Positions 9,633 to 18,942 of a stretch of DNA of 50,003 nt are shown here, piece by piece; the stretch's first letter is position 1, and every line of letters starts with the position of its first letter. The stretch comes from Candidatus Aegiribacteria sp. Its GTDB lineage: Bacteria > Fermentibacterota > Fermentibacteria > Fermentibacterales > JCC-6. The notes under the pieces were generated by a model that worked only from the letters and a program-made list of their open reading frames with translations, made no database searches and had not been told where the DNA came from. The position numbers and the translations under genes were made by a program. The stretch is taken from the NCBI GenBank assembly GCA_046498225.1, contig JAWOBF010000058.1:1-50003 (forward strand). The letters are read 5' to 3'.

Positions 9633-12600
9633 TCTTGTTCTCCACAGACCGAGGGGAACTGCAGTCATTTTCGTGGCCCTGCTCTTCCTGGCCGTGGTTT
9701 CCTTCAACATGGTGCCTATCGAGGGTACACCCGACGCGACCCTTCCAACCCTTAACGTATCGGCCTCCTGGTCGGGAGCGGACCCGGAAGCCATCTGCCA
9801 GCAGGTTACCCGTCCCATAGAGGAAGTAGCGCGTGAGGTGGAAGGTGTTGTTGAAATCTCTTCCACTTCCAGGACAGGAAGTTCGAATGTAAGCGTGTCC
9901 TTCGAAAAGGGATCGGACATGGATGTGGCCGCCATGGAGCTCACCGAAAGGATATCATTCCTGAAGGATCAGCTTCCCGATGCGGTGATGATAGGAAGTG
10001 TCACACAGGCGGTACCCAGGGAACTAACCAGCCAGGGTTTCCTCATCTATGCGGTCACAGGTGCCGAACCGTCGATACTCGAGCAGATAGCCGACGACAT
10101 CATCGTCCCCAGGCTTGAGAGAATAGAGGGTGTGAGTTCTGTAATTGTGGAAGGGCTGGGCCGGCAGGAGATAGTGGTCGATATCAACCGTGATGCCCTG
10201 AATGCACTCGATCTGACCCTGACAGAAGTTGCGTTCGCGGTAGACAGGGGCATAGTTGACAGGAACGTAGGCGTGGCTGTGGATTCCTCAGGGCTGGAAG
10301 CGGTCATCCGCGTTTCCACCGTTCCAGGCAACGTTGGGGAGTTGAAGGACCTGGTCATATCAAATCGCGGCGGAAGGTTCATAGAGCTTTCGGATGTGGC
10401 TTCAAGGATTCTGGTTGATTACGACACCGGCAGTGATTACATCTACCGTTACAATGGGATGGACCAGGTCAGCCTGCAGATAGACCGTAGTGCCTCAAGT
10501 AACGCGGTCCGGGTCGCGGGGAGAGTGAAGGACGAAGTAAATCAACTGCAGAACGAGCTTCCACCGGGCATTACCGTCAGTCTTACCGAGGATGGTACGG
10601 AGAGCATAACCCAGGACCTGAAGGATCTCTCCTGGCGCGCGCTCATATCACTGTGCGCCATTGTTCTGATACTTCTGCTGCTCAATCACAGCCCACTTTC
10701 CACTCCGCTGATATTGAGTTCCATACTCTTTTCCGCAGCCATGGCCGTGACAGCTGTGTATCTTGCCGGTTACAGCATAAATGTGCTTACACTGAGTGCC
10801 CTGGCCATCGCTTTCGGACTGCTGGTGGACGGGGCGGTGGTGGTCCTCGAGTCCATCGGTTACCAGAGGCGTCACGGGATCCCACCCCTGAAGGCCGCAG
10901 GTATCGGCGCAAAGGAAGTAGCCATGCCCATCCTTGGCGGCATACTCACTACGATGGTGGCCCTGGTTCCGATACTTTCCAGCGAGGGTCTGCTCAAGCT
11001 GTACTACAAGCCATTTGCTTTTACTATCGCAGCTACGCTGACCGCCTCCTACATCGTGTGTCTAACCCTTGTGCCCTCCATAGCCGGCAGATGGAAGTCA
11101 GACAAATGGTACAGGGAAAAGAAATGGGACCGGCAGCTTGCGAGAATGATCGCCGCTCTCCATCACCGCCCGTTGATCGCTGTGGTTATCGCCCTTCTTC
11201 TCATCGGCGGCGCCGTCTATCTGTTTATCGACAAGGTTGAAAAGGGTCAGGAATGGGGCTTCAGCTTCGAACGTGATTTCGTGATGGTCAGGATGCAGTA
11301 TCCGCCGGGGACCCCTCAGGACGTGGTGGACGATACCGCCCGGAGCTTCGAGGCTATCCTGACCAACAGGGAAGGCATCGAGTCAACCAGGACCTCTGTA
11401 TTCGGTGAATCGGCAGTCATTTATTCAGTACTAACCGAAGAAGCGGTGGAAACAGGATACGGGCTTCAGATTGAGGCTGAAGCCAGAGCCCTGGCCACTA
11501 CAGTGGCGGGAACCAGGAGCATGTACGTAGTCGGGATGAACCCTGAACCGTACTGGAGAAGCAGTCAGAGCGCGGGTATGATGCAGACCGTCGAACTGAG
11601 GGGCTTCGATTATCAGGGTCTGAAGGACCTTGCCCTTTCCATACAGACACTGCTTAAAAAGCATCCCAGGGTGGGTGAGGTCAACATCAACTGGGATCCC
11701 AGAAGACCGGAGCGGAACCAGCTGGCGGTTATGTTCGACCGGCAGGAACTGGCCGATCTTGGAGTGAACCCATCGCAGATATTCCAGGCCTTCAGGTACA
11801 ATCTTGCAGGCGGTTATGGAGCCGAGGTGCAGGTTGGCGACGAGAGCATGGATATGACCTTCAGGCTGGACGGGATGGAGAATCCCGAGTTATCAGCAGT
11901 TCTGGAAAGTCGCATTGTAACCGCCGGCGGGACCATGGAACTCGGCGACATAGTCAGAATAGACACACTTGAAGTCCAGGGCTCGGTGGAAAGGGAGAAC
12001 GGGGAGTATATAAGGACTATAGGCTATTCCTTCATGGGCGCCGAAAGGATGGCCGCCAGATTCAGAGCGTCACTGCTTGACAACCTGGAGCTGCCATCCG
12101 GATACAGGGTCCATGAAGAGAGATATATTCCGTTCTGGCTTCAGGATGACGATACCAATCTCAACCTGATAGTACTGCTGGCCATACTGGCTGTTTTCGC
12201 CGTCACGGCAATCATCTTCGAATCCTTCACCGCCCCGTTGTATATTCTGGCCGTGATACCCATGGCCCTGGTGGGGGTCGTCGCCGGGTTCTGGCTGTTC
12301 GATAAGGTTTTCTCCCCCCAGGCTTACGTTGGAAGCGTATTTCTGGTGGGGATCGCGGTGAACAATTCGATATTGATCGTCGACAGTTTTCAGAAAAAGA
12401 AGAAAGCGGGAATGGATATCAAGAAGGCGGCGGACATTGTCGTGGCGGAAAGGCTCAGACCCATTCTGCAGACCAGCGCCACCACCATTCTGGGCCTTCT
12501 GCCACTGGTTCTGTGGCCCATGCAGCAGACAAACGACCTGTGGGAGAACCTCTCCTTCACCGTTGTCTGCGGTATGATCATCTCCACCCCCCTGGTACTG

Positions 12601-12660
12601 GTATCCCTTCCTGCGCTTATACAGTTGACTTCCCGGAAAGGGAGGAAGAAAAGTGATTAG
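9625..12660 (+). CDS. RND efflux permease subunit 2
   Basis: Start placed at ATG 9625 (ATGGTTGA overlap with the upstream stop); INVLTLSALAIAFGLLVDGAVVVLE, GIAVNNSILIVD, RLRPILQTSATTILGLLP. Confidence 0.93.
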   Translation: MVDLVLHRPRGTAVIFVALLFLAVVSFNMVPIEGTPDATLPTLNVSASWSGADPEAICQQVTRPIEEVAREVEGVVEISSTSRTGSSNVSVSFEKGSDMDVAAMELTERISFLKDQLPDAVMIGSVTQAVPRELTSQGFLIYAVTGAEPSILEQIADDIIVPRLERIEGVSSVIVEGLGRQEIVVDINRDALNALDLTLTEVAFAVDRGIVDRNVGVAVDSSGLEAVIRVSTVPGNVGELKDLVISNRGGRFIELSDVASRILVDYDTGSDYIYRYNGMDQVSLQIDRSASSNAVRVAGRVKDEVNQLQNELPPGITVSLTEDGTESITQDLKDLSWRALISLCAIVLILLLLNHSPLSTPLILSSILFSAAMAVTAVYLAGYSINVLTLSALAIAFGLLVDGAVVVLESIGYQRRHGIPPLKAAGIGAKEVAMPILGGILTTMVALVPILSSEGLLKLYYKPFAFTIAATLTASYIVCLTLVPSIAGRWKSDKWYREKKWDRQLARMIAALHHRPLIAVVIALLLIGGAVYLFIDKVEKGQEWGFSFERDFVMVRMQYPPGTPQDVVDDTARSFEAILTNREGIESTRTSVFGESAVIYSVLTEEAVETGYGLQIEAEARALATTVAGTRSMYVVGMNPEPYWRSSQSAGMMQTVELRGFDYQGLKDLALSIQTLLKKHPRVGEVNINWDPRRPERNQLAVMFDRQELADLGVNPSQIFQAFRYNLAGGYGAEVQVGDESMDMTFRLDGMENPELSAVLESRIVTAGGTMELGDIVRIDTLEVQGSVERENGEYIRTIGYSFMGAERMAARFRASLLDNLELPSGYRVHEERYIPFWLQDDDTNLNLIVLLAILAVFAVTAIIFESFTAPLYILAVIPMALVGVVAGFWLFDKVFSPQAYVGSVFLVGIAVNNSILIVDSFQKKKKAGMDIKKAADIVVAERLRPILQTSATTILGLLPLVLWPMQQTNDLWENLSFTVVCGMIISTPLVLVSLPALIQLTSRKGRKKSD

Positions 12661-13693
12661 AAGAATTTTCCTGCCGGCATTTGCAATTGTGGTTCTGGTC
12701 TTCGCGGCATGCGGGGCGGAGGAGGAGGAAACCAGCATGGAGACCCTGGAGCCTTCACCTCTTCCCGTCACGGCCGAGACGGCGAAAATGGATACTCTGT
12801 TCGCTGTTGTGAGCGCTACCGGCAGAGTGTCCTCAGCCAGGACCCAGTCGCTAACCGCCCAGCTTCAGGGACAGGTGGCGCAGGCTCCCGAGAACGTGGG
12901 AACGGCGGTAGGCGAAGGCGAAGTGGTGTTCAGAATAGCTTCCGGTGAGAGCGCCTCCAGGCTTTCTTCAGCGTCGAGCGCTTACAGGAGTGCCCAGGCC
13001 CTCTACGAGTTCGAGCTGGAGAACTACCGGGGAGAGCTGACAGAAGAGGTGCGTAACATGCTGCGTCAGACCACAGGCCTGGCCGATGCCCAGACCAGCC
13101 TGGCCGCGGCACAGTCCCAGTATGGCAACGCGGCCATAAGAGCAGGTTTCAACGGCGTCGTTTCCGATATCAACGCCAGAGAAGGCATGGTCGTGTACCC
13201 GGGGACCCAGCTTGGAACGATAATAGATCCATGGAGCCTTCAGGCGGAGGTAAGCCTGGACGAGCGTGAGCTGGCCAGGTGCGAAGCCGGGCAGAGGGTC
13301 TACGTAACCATCCCTTCACTTCATGATACCACGGTTGTCGGCACAGTCGCTTCCGTTTCACCGGTGGTTGATCCTTCCATGAGGGCCGGAGAGGTTGTGG
13401 TGGACCTCCCAGTCATGACCAGTCTAAGGGTCGGAGCCACGGCGCGAGTGGAGATAGTCACGGATGTCTATCCGGATGAGCTGGTTATACCTCAGGAAGC
13501 GGTTCTGATAAGGGACAACCGGGACATGGTCTTCGTGGTTCAGGATGGACACGCTGACTGGCGCTACGTAACCCTGGGACCGGAAGGAAGAGGCATCGTG
13601 GCGGTGGAGGACAATCTTGAAGCTGGTGAACAGGTCATTACTTCAGGCCACTACTCCCTGGCCCACGACGCCCCCGTCGCCGTAATAAACTAG
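12653..13693 (+). CDS. RND periplasmic adaptor (membrane fusion protein), lipoprotein
   Basis: Lipobox VFAA-C; IRAGFNGVV lipoyl half-motif, ISPVVD-like VSPVVDP, IPQEAV, LEAGEQVITSG. Confidence 0.92.
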   Translation: MIRRIFLPAFAIVVLVFAACGAEEEETSMETLEPSPLPVTAETAKMDTLFAVVSATGRVSSARTQSLTAQLQGQVAQAPENVGTAVGEGEVVFRIASGESASRLSSASSAYRSAQALYEFELENYRGELTEEVRNMLRQTTGLADAQTSLAAAQSQYGNAAIRAGFNGVVSDINAREGMVVYPGTQLGTIIDPWSLQAEVSLDERELARCEAGQRVYVTIPSLHDTTVVGTVASVSPVVDPSMRAGEVVVDLPVMTSLRVGATARVEIVTDVYPDELVIPQEAVLIRDNRDMVFVVQDGHADWRYVTLGPEGRGIVAVEDNLEAGEQVITSGHYSLAHDAPVAVIN

Positions 13694-13850
13694 AGGGACG
13701 CACCTGAATTCATTAACTTCTTAGGCCGTTTACATATTATTAGATAACTATAAATTGTATATAATGTTGATTCTGTTTGTGTATAATCAATTTATCATAG
13801 ATCATCTATAGTTATCCGACAACTAAGTTAATGAATTCAGGTGCGTCCCT
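13694..13850. mobile_element. MITE: 157 bp, perfect 26-bp terminal inverted repeats, 5-bp target-site duplication ACTAG
   Basis: AGGGACGCACCTGAATTCATTAACTT (13694-13719) and its exact reverse complement (13825-13850); ACTAG at 13689-13693 and 13851-13855; interior strongly AT-rich, no ORF. Confidence 0.85.
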
Positions 13851-13851
13851 A

Positions 13852-14523
13852 CTAGGTTCCCAGGGCATCGGCTATAAGCTGGATGTCTCCGGCGTGGGCG
13901 ATCACAAAAACTGTATCGTCTTCTGAAAGTACGTAGTTTCCACGCGGTATCTGGAATTCCTCATCGTCTTCCCGATAGATGCCCATCAGCAGACTTTCCT
14001 TTGGAAAATTCTTTGCCCCCGCAACTTCCTTAACAGACTTTCCGATGCATCGGGCTCCCTCGGGTATCCTTACCGCGTATACGTAGGCATCTCCTCCGCC
14101 CAGGGACATTATTCTTTTCACCGGCGGCTGCTCGACCTCCATTAACAGCTGGTCCAGAAGAAGGTCGGCTACCCTTACAATGACGGTCACGCCCGATAAG
14201 CTGTACGCGTTCTCATAACCGGGGTCCCGCATTCGGGCCAGTATTCGAGGCACTCCCAGACTCCGGGCAAGAATTGAACAGGCTATGTTGTCCACATCGT
14301 TCCTCATCAGACAGATGAGAATGTCGGCCCTGTGCACACCAGCGTCCTTCAGCACCGCCAGGGAAGTCGCGCTTCCGTTGACCGCAACGGCGCCGGTTTC
14401 GGCGTAAATGCTCTCACACACTTCGTTATCGATATCTATGACCACTACATCGTGCTTGTGATCAAGGAGTTTCCTGGTGAGTTCCCTACCCACCAGACCG
14501 GCTCCAGCCACTACTATGTTCAT
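13852..14523 (-). CDS. trkA: Trk/Ktr potassium uptake regulatory subunit (RCK N+C)
   Basis: MNIVVAGAGLVG Rossmann motif, HDVVVIDID, C-terminal TrkA-C IPRGNYVLSEDD; adjacent to trkH. Confidence 0.92.
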   Translation of the reverse strand: MNIVVAGAGLVGRELTRKLLDHKHDVVVIDIDNEVCESIYAETGAVAVNGSATSLAVLKDAGVHRADILICLMRNDVDNIACSILARSLGVPRILARMRDPGYENAYSLSGVTVIVRVADLLLDQLLMEVEQPPVKRIMSLGGGDAYVYAVRIPEGARCIGKSVKEVAGAKNFPKESLLMGIYREDDEEFQIPRGNYVLSEDDTVFVIAHAGDIQLIADALGT

Positions 14524-14540
14524 CAGCCACCTCCATTATT

Positions 14541-16043
14541 CTACCAGACACGCCATGCCCTGGGGCTGAACAGAAGCAGAACCGGCAGTATCTCCAGCCT
14601 GCCGGCCAGCATTCCGAATATGTACACTATCTTGATGATCGGATTCAGGTCTCCCATCTGCGGAACGGAAATGAAACAGGGACCTATGTTGCCCATGGCG
14701 CTGAACATTCCCGAGAAGGACGAGTAGCCATCCAGGGAAGAGAGCAGGGATGTGACCGCGCCACCGAATACAAGCAGTCCTGTCCATAAGAAGAATATGG
14801 CGGATACCCTGTGCAGTTCCACCTCGTCGAGATACTTTCCGTCGATCACTATCATGTTACTGGCTCTTCTGGGCACGACCAGCTTGCGCAGCTGCTGACC
14901 GGCAACCTTGAAGAGTATCAGTACCCTCTGAACCTTGATCCCTCCCGCTGTAGAACCCACGCAGCCCCCTATGACCATCATCATCAGGAAGAGCTGGCCG
15001 GCAAGGGGCCCGAAAAACGGACTGGTAAGGTCGCGCGTACCGAATCCCGTGGTTGTGAGAACGCTGACGGTCTGGAACATGGATGTGCGAAAGGCCTCTT
15101 CACCTGATAAAGAGCCTCCCTCGGCGGATAGTACAAAGTGATCCAGCAGAACCAGCGCGGTGAGCCCCGCAATGAGAAGCCACCACAGCTTCATCTCCGA
15201 ACTATCCCAGATCGATTTGATATTGCCGGAGAGTACCCTGTAATGCACAAGGAAACTCGTGCCCCCCAGGATCATGCCCAGGATAAGGACGTACTCTATC
15301 ATTACGCTGTTCAGCCCCGGCAGAGAGCTGAAATGGGCTATACTCGCATCGTACGGTGAGAAGCCCCCGGTGGACAGTACCGTGAAGCTGTGATTCAGAC
15401 TGTCGAAGATAGACATGCCCGCGGTCCTCAGCAGGGCGATAATGAGAAGAGTGAACCCGATGTAGACCGTCCATAGTATCTTTACAGTGTTTATCATTCC
15501 TGGAACAGGCCTTCCGGAGGATATCTTGTGGCTTTCCGCCCCGAAGAGAAGATGCGCCCCCGGGATCCTAGTGGAAACCGCCAGGAAAAAGGTCAGGATT
15601 CCCAGCCCGCCTACCCATTGGGTGAGGCTTCTCCAGAAAATGATGCTTTCGGGCATCTCATCCAACCCTGTGAACATCGTTATGCCGGTAGTGGTAAAAC
15701 CGCTCATCGACTCGAAATAGGCGTCCAGGTATCCCGCACCGATTCCCAGCACATATGGCAGAGCGCCCGCGGCCGACAGGACCAGCCATCCCATGGCGCA
15801 AATGAGCATGGCCTGTGTAGTATTGGGCTCACTGTACCCGATGGTCCTGCGAAGAAAGTAACCTGACAGGATGCAGATAAGTGAGGGTATGACGAAAGCC
15901 AGAAGCGTTCTCTGCGATTCACCCTCGGAGTTCATCAGCAGGACAAAGAGGAGCGGGGCCAGCATGACCAGCCCCAGTATCAGGAGAAGCGCTCCCAGGT
16001 AACCTGCGACTACATTTACGCTTCTCCCGTACTTTCCTTTCAT
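14541..16043 (-). CDS. trkH: Trk potassium uptake membrane subunit
   Basis: FESMSGFTTTG, WRSLTQWVGGLG, STGGF, TTTGF, GSTAGGIK, GNIGP, GRLEI; start placed at ATG 16043. Confidence 0.95.
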   Translation of the reverse strand: MKGKYGRSVNVVAGYLGALLLILGLVMLAPLLFVLLMNSEGESQRTLLAFVIPSLICILSGYFLRRTIGYSEPNTTQAMLICAMGWLVLSAAGALPYVLGIGAGYLDAYFESMSGFTTTGITMFTGLDEMPESIIFWRSLTQWVGGLGILTFFLAVSTRIPGAHLLFGAESHKISSGRPVPGMINTVKILWTVYIGFTLLIIALLRTAGMSIFDSLNHSFTVLSTGGFSPYDASIAHFSSLPGLNSVMIEYVLILGMILGGTSFLVHYRVLSGNIKSIWDSSEMKLWWLLIAGLTALVLLDHFVLSAEGGSLSGEEAFRTSMFQTVSVLTTTGFGTRDLTSPFFGPLAGQLFLMMMVIGGCVGSTAGGIKVQRVLILFKVAGQQLRKLVVPRRASNMIVIDGKYLDEVELHRVSAIFFLWTGLLVFGGAVTSLLSSLDGYSSFSGMFSAMGNIGPCFISVPQMGDLNPIIKIVYIFGMLAGRLEILPVLLLFSPRAWRVW

Positions 16044-16050
16044 GGAGTTT

Positions 16051-16536
16051 TCAGCGGCCGGTTTCCGCAAGCAGTTTTATGGCCTCCCCCGACCTGATGA
16101 CCGCAGAGTTCGGGCATGAAAGCACATTGCAGAATGCGATGGCCTGGTGCGGGTCCTTTCTGGGATAGAAATAGCCCATGACGGTGACAGCATCGTTCCT
16201 GCAGGGGCAGCTGGCCAGGACGTCCAGAGAAGTGCCGCAGTGGGGACAGGACAGTTCCAGCGGCTCGTCGGGGTCCGGGTTGCCCTCAATGACACAGTAG
16301 GATGTATCGCCGAACACAGCCGACAGCGACAGCATACCACTGCCGCTTTTCCTGCCATGGAACCTGACTGCTATACCGGGAAATCCGGAAACCTCATGCT
16401 GGACGGAGACCAGATTGTGTCCCTCCGGGCAGTACACCGCGTTGACAACCACTTCAGCCCTCACCGTTTTCTTCCCGCCGCGCCTGACATCAGGGATATT
16501 CAGCCTGCCGTCATCTTTGAACATGTTGCCTGGCAT
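16051..16536 (-). CDS. Cys-rich hypothetical protein, probably metal-binding
   Basis: AAGGAG RBS; CPEGH, CPHC, CPC and C-x4-C motifs; first gene of the trkH-trkA unit. Confidence 0.7.
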   Translation of the reverse strand: MPGNMFKDDGRLNIPDVRRGGKKTVRAEVVVNAVYCPEGHNLVSVQHEVSGFPGIAVRFHGRKSGSGMLSLSAVFGDTSYCVIEGNPDPDEPLELSCPHCGTSLDVLASCPCRNDAVTVMGYFYPRKDPHQAIAFCNVLSCPNSAVIRSGEAIKLLAETGR

Positions 16537-16730
16537 ACACTTACTCCTTCAATTCGTTGATGCTTTTGGACATGAGCAATACATAATATATGATAGGTAT
16601 AATCTTATTGAAGGGGAAGGACCATGGTCGCATGACCGGGATTCCCTCGTTCATGGAGCCGCATTGACGCGTGAAATATCGTAAGGACCAATATGTTTCG
16701 CTCTCGCAGGAGAGAGAAAGGACGTAAGGT

Positions 16731-18761
16731 ATGAAAAGAGCATTCGGGTTCGGAACGGTGATTTTTCTCCTCAGCGCATTCATGGCTTTCGGCTGCGGGG
16801 AGGAGGGAACTCCCGCTGTTGCCGAGAATGGCCGGGAATCGGATGTCGTCATAGAACACGTGGAGTCGGAGGGCGCCGCGGACCTTATTCCCAGGACCGT
16901 TCTTTTCGGAAATCCCGAGAGGATAGGTCCTCAGCTGTCACCGGACGGTAGCCTCATAGCCTACATTGCACCTGTGGACAGCGTTCTGAACCTGTGGGTT
17001 ATGAACGTGGACGGCACCGGGGCGAGACAGCTGACATACGACACAAACCGCGGTGTCACGAATTACTTCTGGGCCAAGAACGGCCAGGATATTCTCTACA
17101 TGCAGGACCAGGCAGGCGAGGAGAACACACACGTCTACAGGCTGGATGTAGAGACCGAAGAGGTCACCGACCTGACTCCCTTCGAAGGCGTGAAGGCTTA
17201 CGTAAGCGATACCGACAGGGACCAGCCCAACACGGTTATCATCGAGATGAACAGGAACAACCCGATGTTCTTCGATGTCTATTCCTGCGACCTGGAGACC
17301 GGAGAGCTGACACTGCTGCAGGAAAACCCGGGAACGCTTGATGACGGCACCATGGTCGTTGGCTATATGACCGACCAGGACCTGAACATCAGGGGGATGG
17401 CCACCATTGACCCCGCCGACGGAACCATTCGGTTCTTTCTGAGGGATTCGATGGATGATGAATGGGAGGAGTTCGTCAGTTTCTCCGCGCTTGATACCGT
17501 CTCTCCCCAGAGGTTCAGCGAGGACGGGAGCGGGCTCTACTACCAGTCGAACCTGGAATCCAACACGACGAAACTGCTGTACCAGGACCTGGAGACAGGC
17601 GAGGTCACCGAGATCGCCCACGATACACTGGCCGACATCGGTGGAGTATCCTTCGACCCGTTCACCGGGGAGCCGCGAGCGGTCAGTTTTCACTACCTGA
17701 GAAGGAACGTTGAAGTACTTGATCCGTCCATTTCCGAGGATTACAGGTTCCTTGGCGACTATCACGAAGGCGACTTCGGGGTGGTATCATCCGACCTGGC
17801 GGACAGTACGTGGATTGTGGCCTACTTCACCCCTCAGAGCCCCGCCGTGTATTACATCTACGACAGACCCGCGCAGGATATGACCTTCCTGTTCAACGCC
17901 ATTCCCGCACTGGAGGATTACCGGCTGGCCGAGATCGAACCGCTGATAATACCGGCCAGGGACGGCTGGGAACTTCCCAGCTACCTTACCCTGCCCAGGG
18001 ATTCCATAGATGGACCGCTGCCCATGGTGCTCTACGTTCATGGCGGCCCATGGGCCAGGGACTACTACGGATACGAGCCGTTCGCCCAGATGCTGGCCGA
18101 TAGAGGATTCGCGGTGCTGCAGGTAAACTTCAGGGCCTCTGCCGGGTTCGGCAAGGATCATCTCAACGCCGGCAACAAGGAGTGGGGCGGCCTGATGCAG
18201 GACGACCTGACGGACGCAGTCAACTGGGCTATCGACCAGGGCATAGCGGACCCCGAAAGGATAGTCATAATGGGAGGTTCCTACGGAGGCTACGCTACAC
18301 TTGCCGGGGTAACCTTCACCCCCGACCTCTACTGCGCGGGAGTTGATTTCTTCGGCCCTTCCAACCTCATCACTTTCAGGGAGACCGTGCCGCCTTACTG
18401 GAGACCTCTGGATGCCCTCATGGACATCAGGATAGGTGACCTGGAAGAGGATTCCCTGATGCTGGAGGAACGTTCGCCGCTGAATCACGTGGAGAACATC
18501 ACCGTGCCCATGCTGATAGTTCAGGGCGCGAACGACCCCAGGGTGGTGCAGGCGGAGTCCGACCAGATGGTCCAGGCCCTGAGGGAGAACGGGAACGAAG
18601 TCTACTACCTTGTGTACGAGAACGAAGGACATGGCTTCGCCATCGAGGCCAACAGACTGGAGTTCGCCGGCAGGGTGGAGGAGTTCCTTTACACCCATGT
18701 GCCAGGAGTTGAATGCCAGATGTACGAGGAAATTCCGAACTCCACTGTGCAGGTAAGGTAA
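16731..18761 (+). CDS. S9 family (acylaminoacyl/dipeptidyl) peptidase, lipoprotein
   Basis: Lipobox MAFG-C; beta-propeller N-domain; VHGGPW, GGSYGG nucleophile, QGANDPRV, NEGHGF. Confidence 0.95.
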   Translation: MKRAFGFGTVIFLLSAFMAFGCGEEGTPAVAENGRESDVVIEHVESEGAADLIPRTVLFGNPERIGPQLSPDGSLIAYIAPVDSVLNLWVMNVDGTGARQLTYDTNRGVTNYFWAKNGQDILYMQDQAGEENTHVYRLDVETEEVTDLTPFEGVKAYVSDTDRDQPNTVIIEMNRNNPMFFDVYSCDLETGELTLLQENPGTLDDGTMVVGYMTDQDLNIRGMATIDPADGTIRFFLRDSMDDEWEEFVSFSALDTVSPQRFSEDGSGLYYQSNLESNTTKLLYQDLETGEVTEIAHDTLADIGGVSFDPFTGEPRAVSFHYLRRNVEVLDPSISEDYRFLGDYHEGDFGVVSSDLADSTWIVAYFTPQSPAVYYIYDRPAQDMTFLFNAIPALEDYRLAEIEPLIIPARDGWELPSYLTLPRDSIDGPLPMVLYVHGGPWARDYYGYEPFAQMLADRGFAVLQVNFRASAGFGKDHLNAGNKEWGGLMQDDLTDAVNWAIDQGIADPERIVIMGGSYGGYATLAGVTFTPDLYCAGVDFFGPSNLITFRETVPPYWRPLDALMDIRIGDLEEDSLMLEERSPLNHVENITVPMLIVQGANDPRVVQAESDQMVQALRENGNEVYYLVYENEGHGFAIEANRLEFAGRVEEFLYTHVPGVECQMYEEIPNSTVQVR

Positions 18762-18843
18762 GGAGAGTTCACCGGAAGCGCGTCAGTTACTTTTCAGCAT
18801 TCAGAAGCCTCGTCATGGAGGGTTCTGGTGAATGCTGCGGTAA

Positions 18844-18872
18844 CGGGGTGGGAGAAGCCAGCTCCCACCCCG
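18844..18872. terminator. GC-rich hairpin between the convergent S9 peptidase and proS genes
   Basis: CGGGGTGGGAG-AAGCCAG-CTCCCACCCCG, an 11-bp perfect stem; no clear U-tract. Confidence 0.5.
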
Positions 18873-18942
18873 CGGTCTCGAATGAAGCGGTAACGATGAA
18901 CGAATCTTCACTTGACGAATGGAGCCGGTATTCCTGCGCAGC

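Noticed and set aside
16537..16730. c-di-AMP (ydaO) riboswitch upstream of the trk genes
   Set aside because: No GCTGAA/GGGG-CCCC pseudo-symmetric motifs; only an AT-rich divergent promoter with a short CCTTCAAT/ATTGAAGG inverted repeat.
18786..18844. Integron attC site
   Set aside because: The ends run GTT...AAC rather than RYYYAAC...GTTRRRY; there is no integrase or cassette array.
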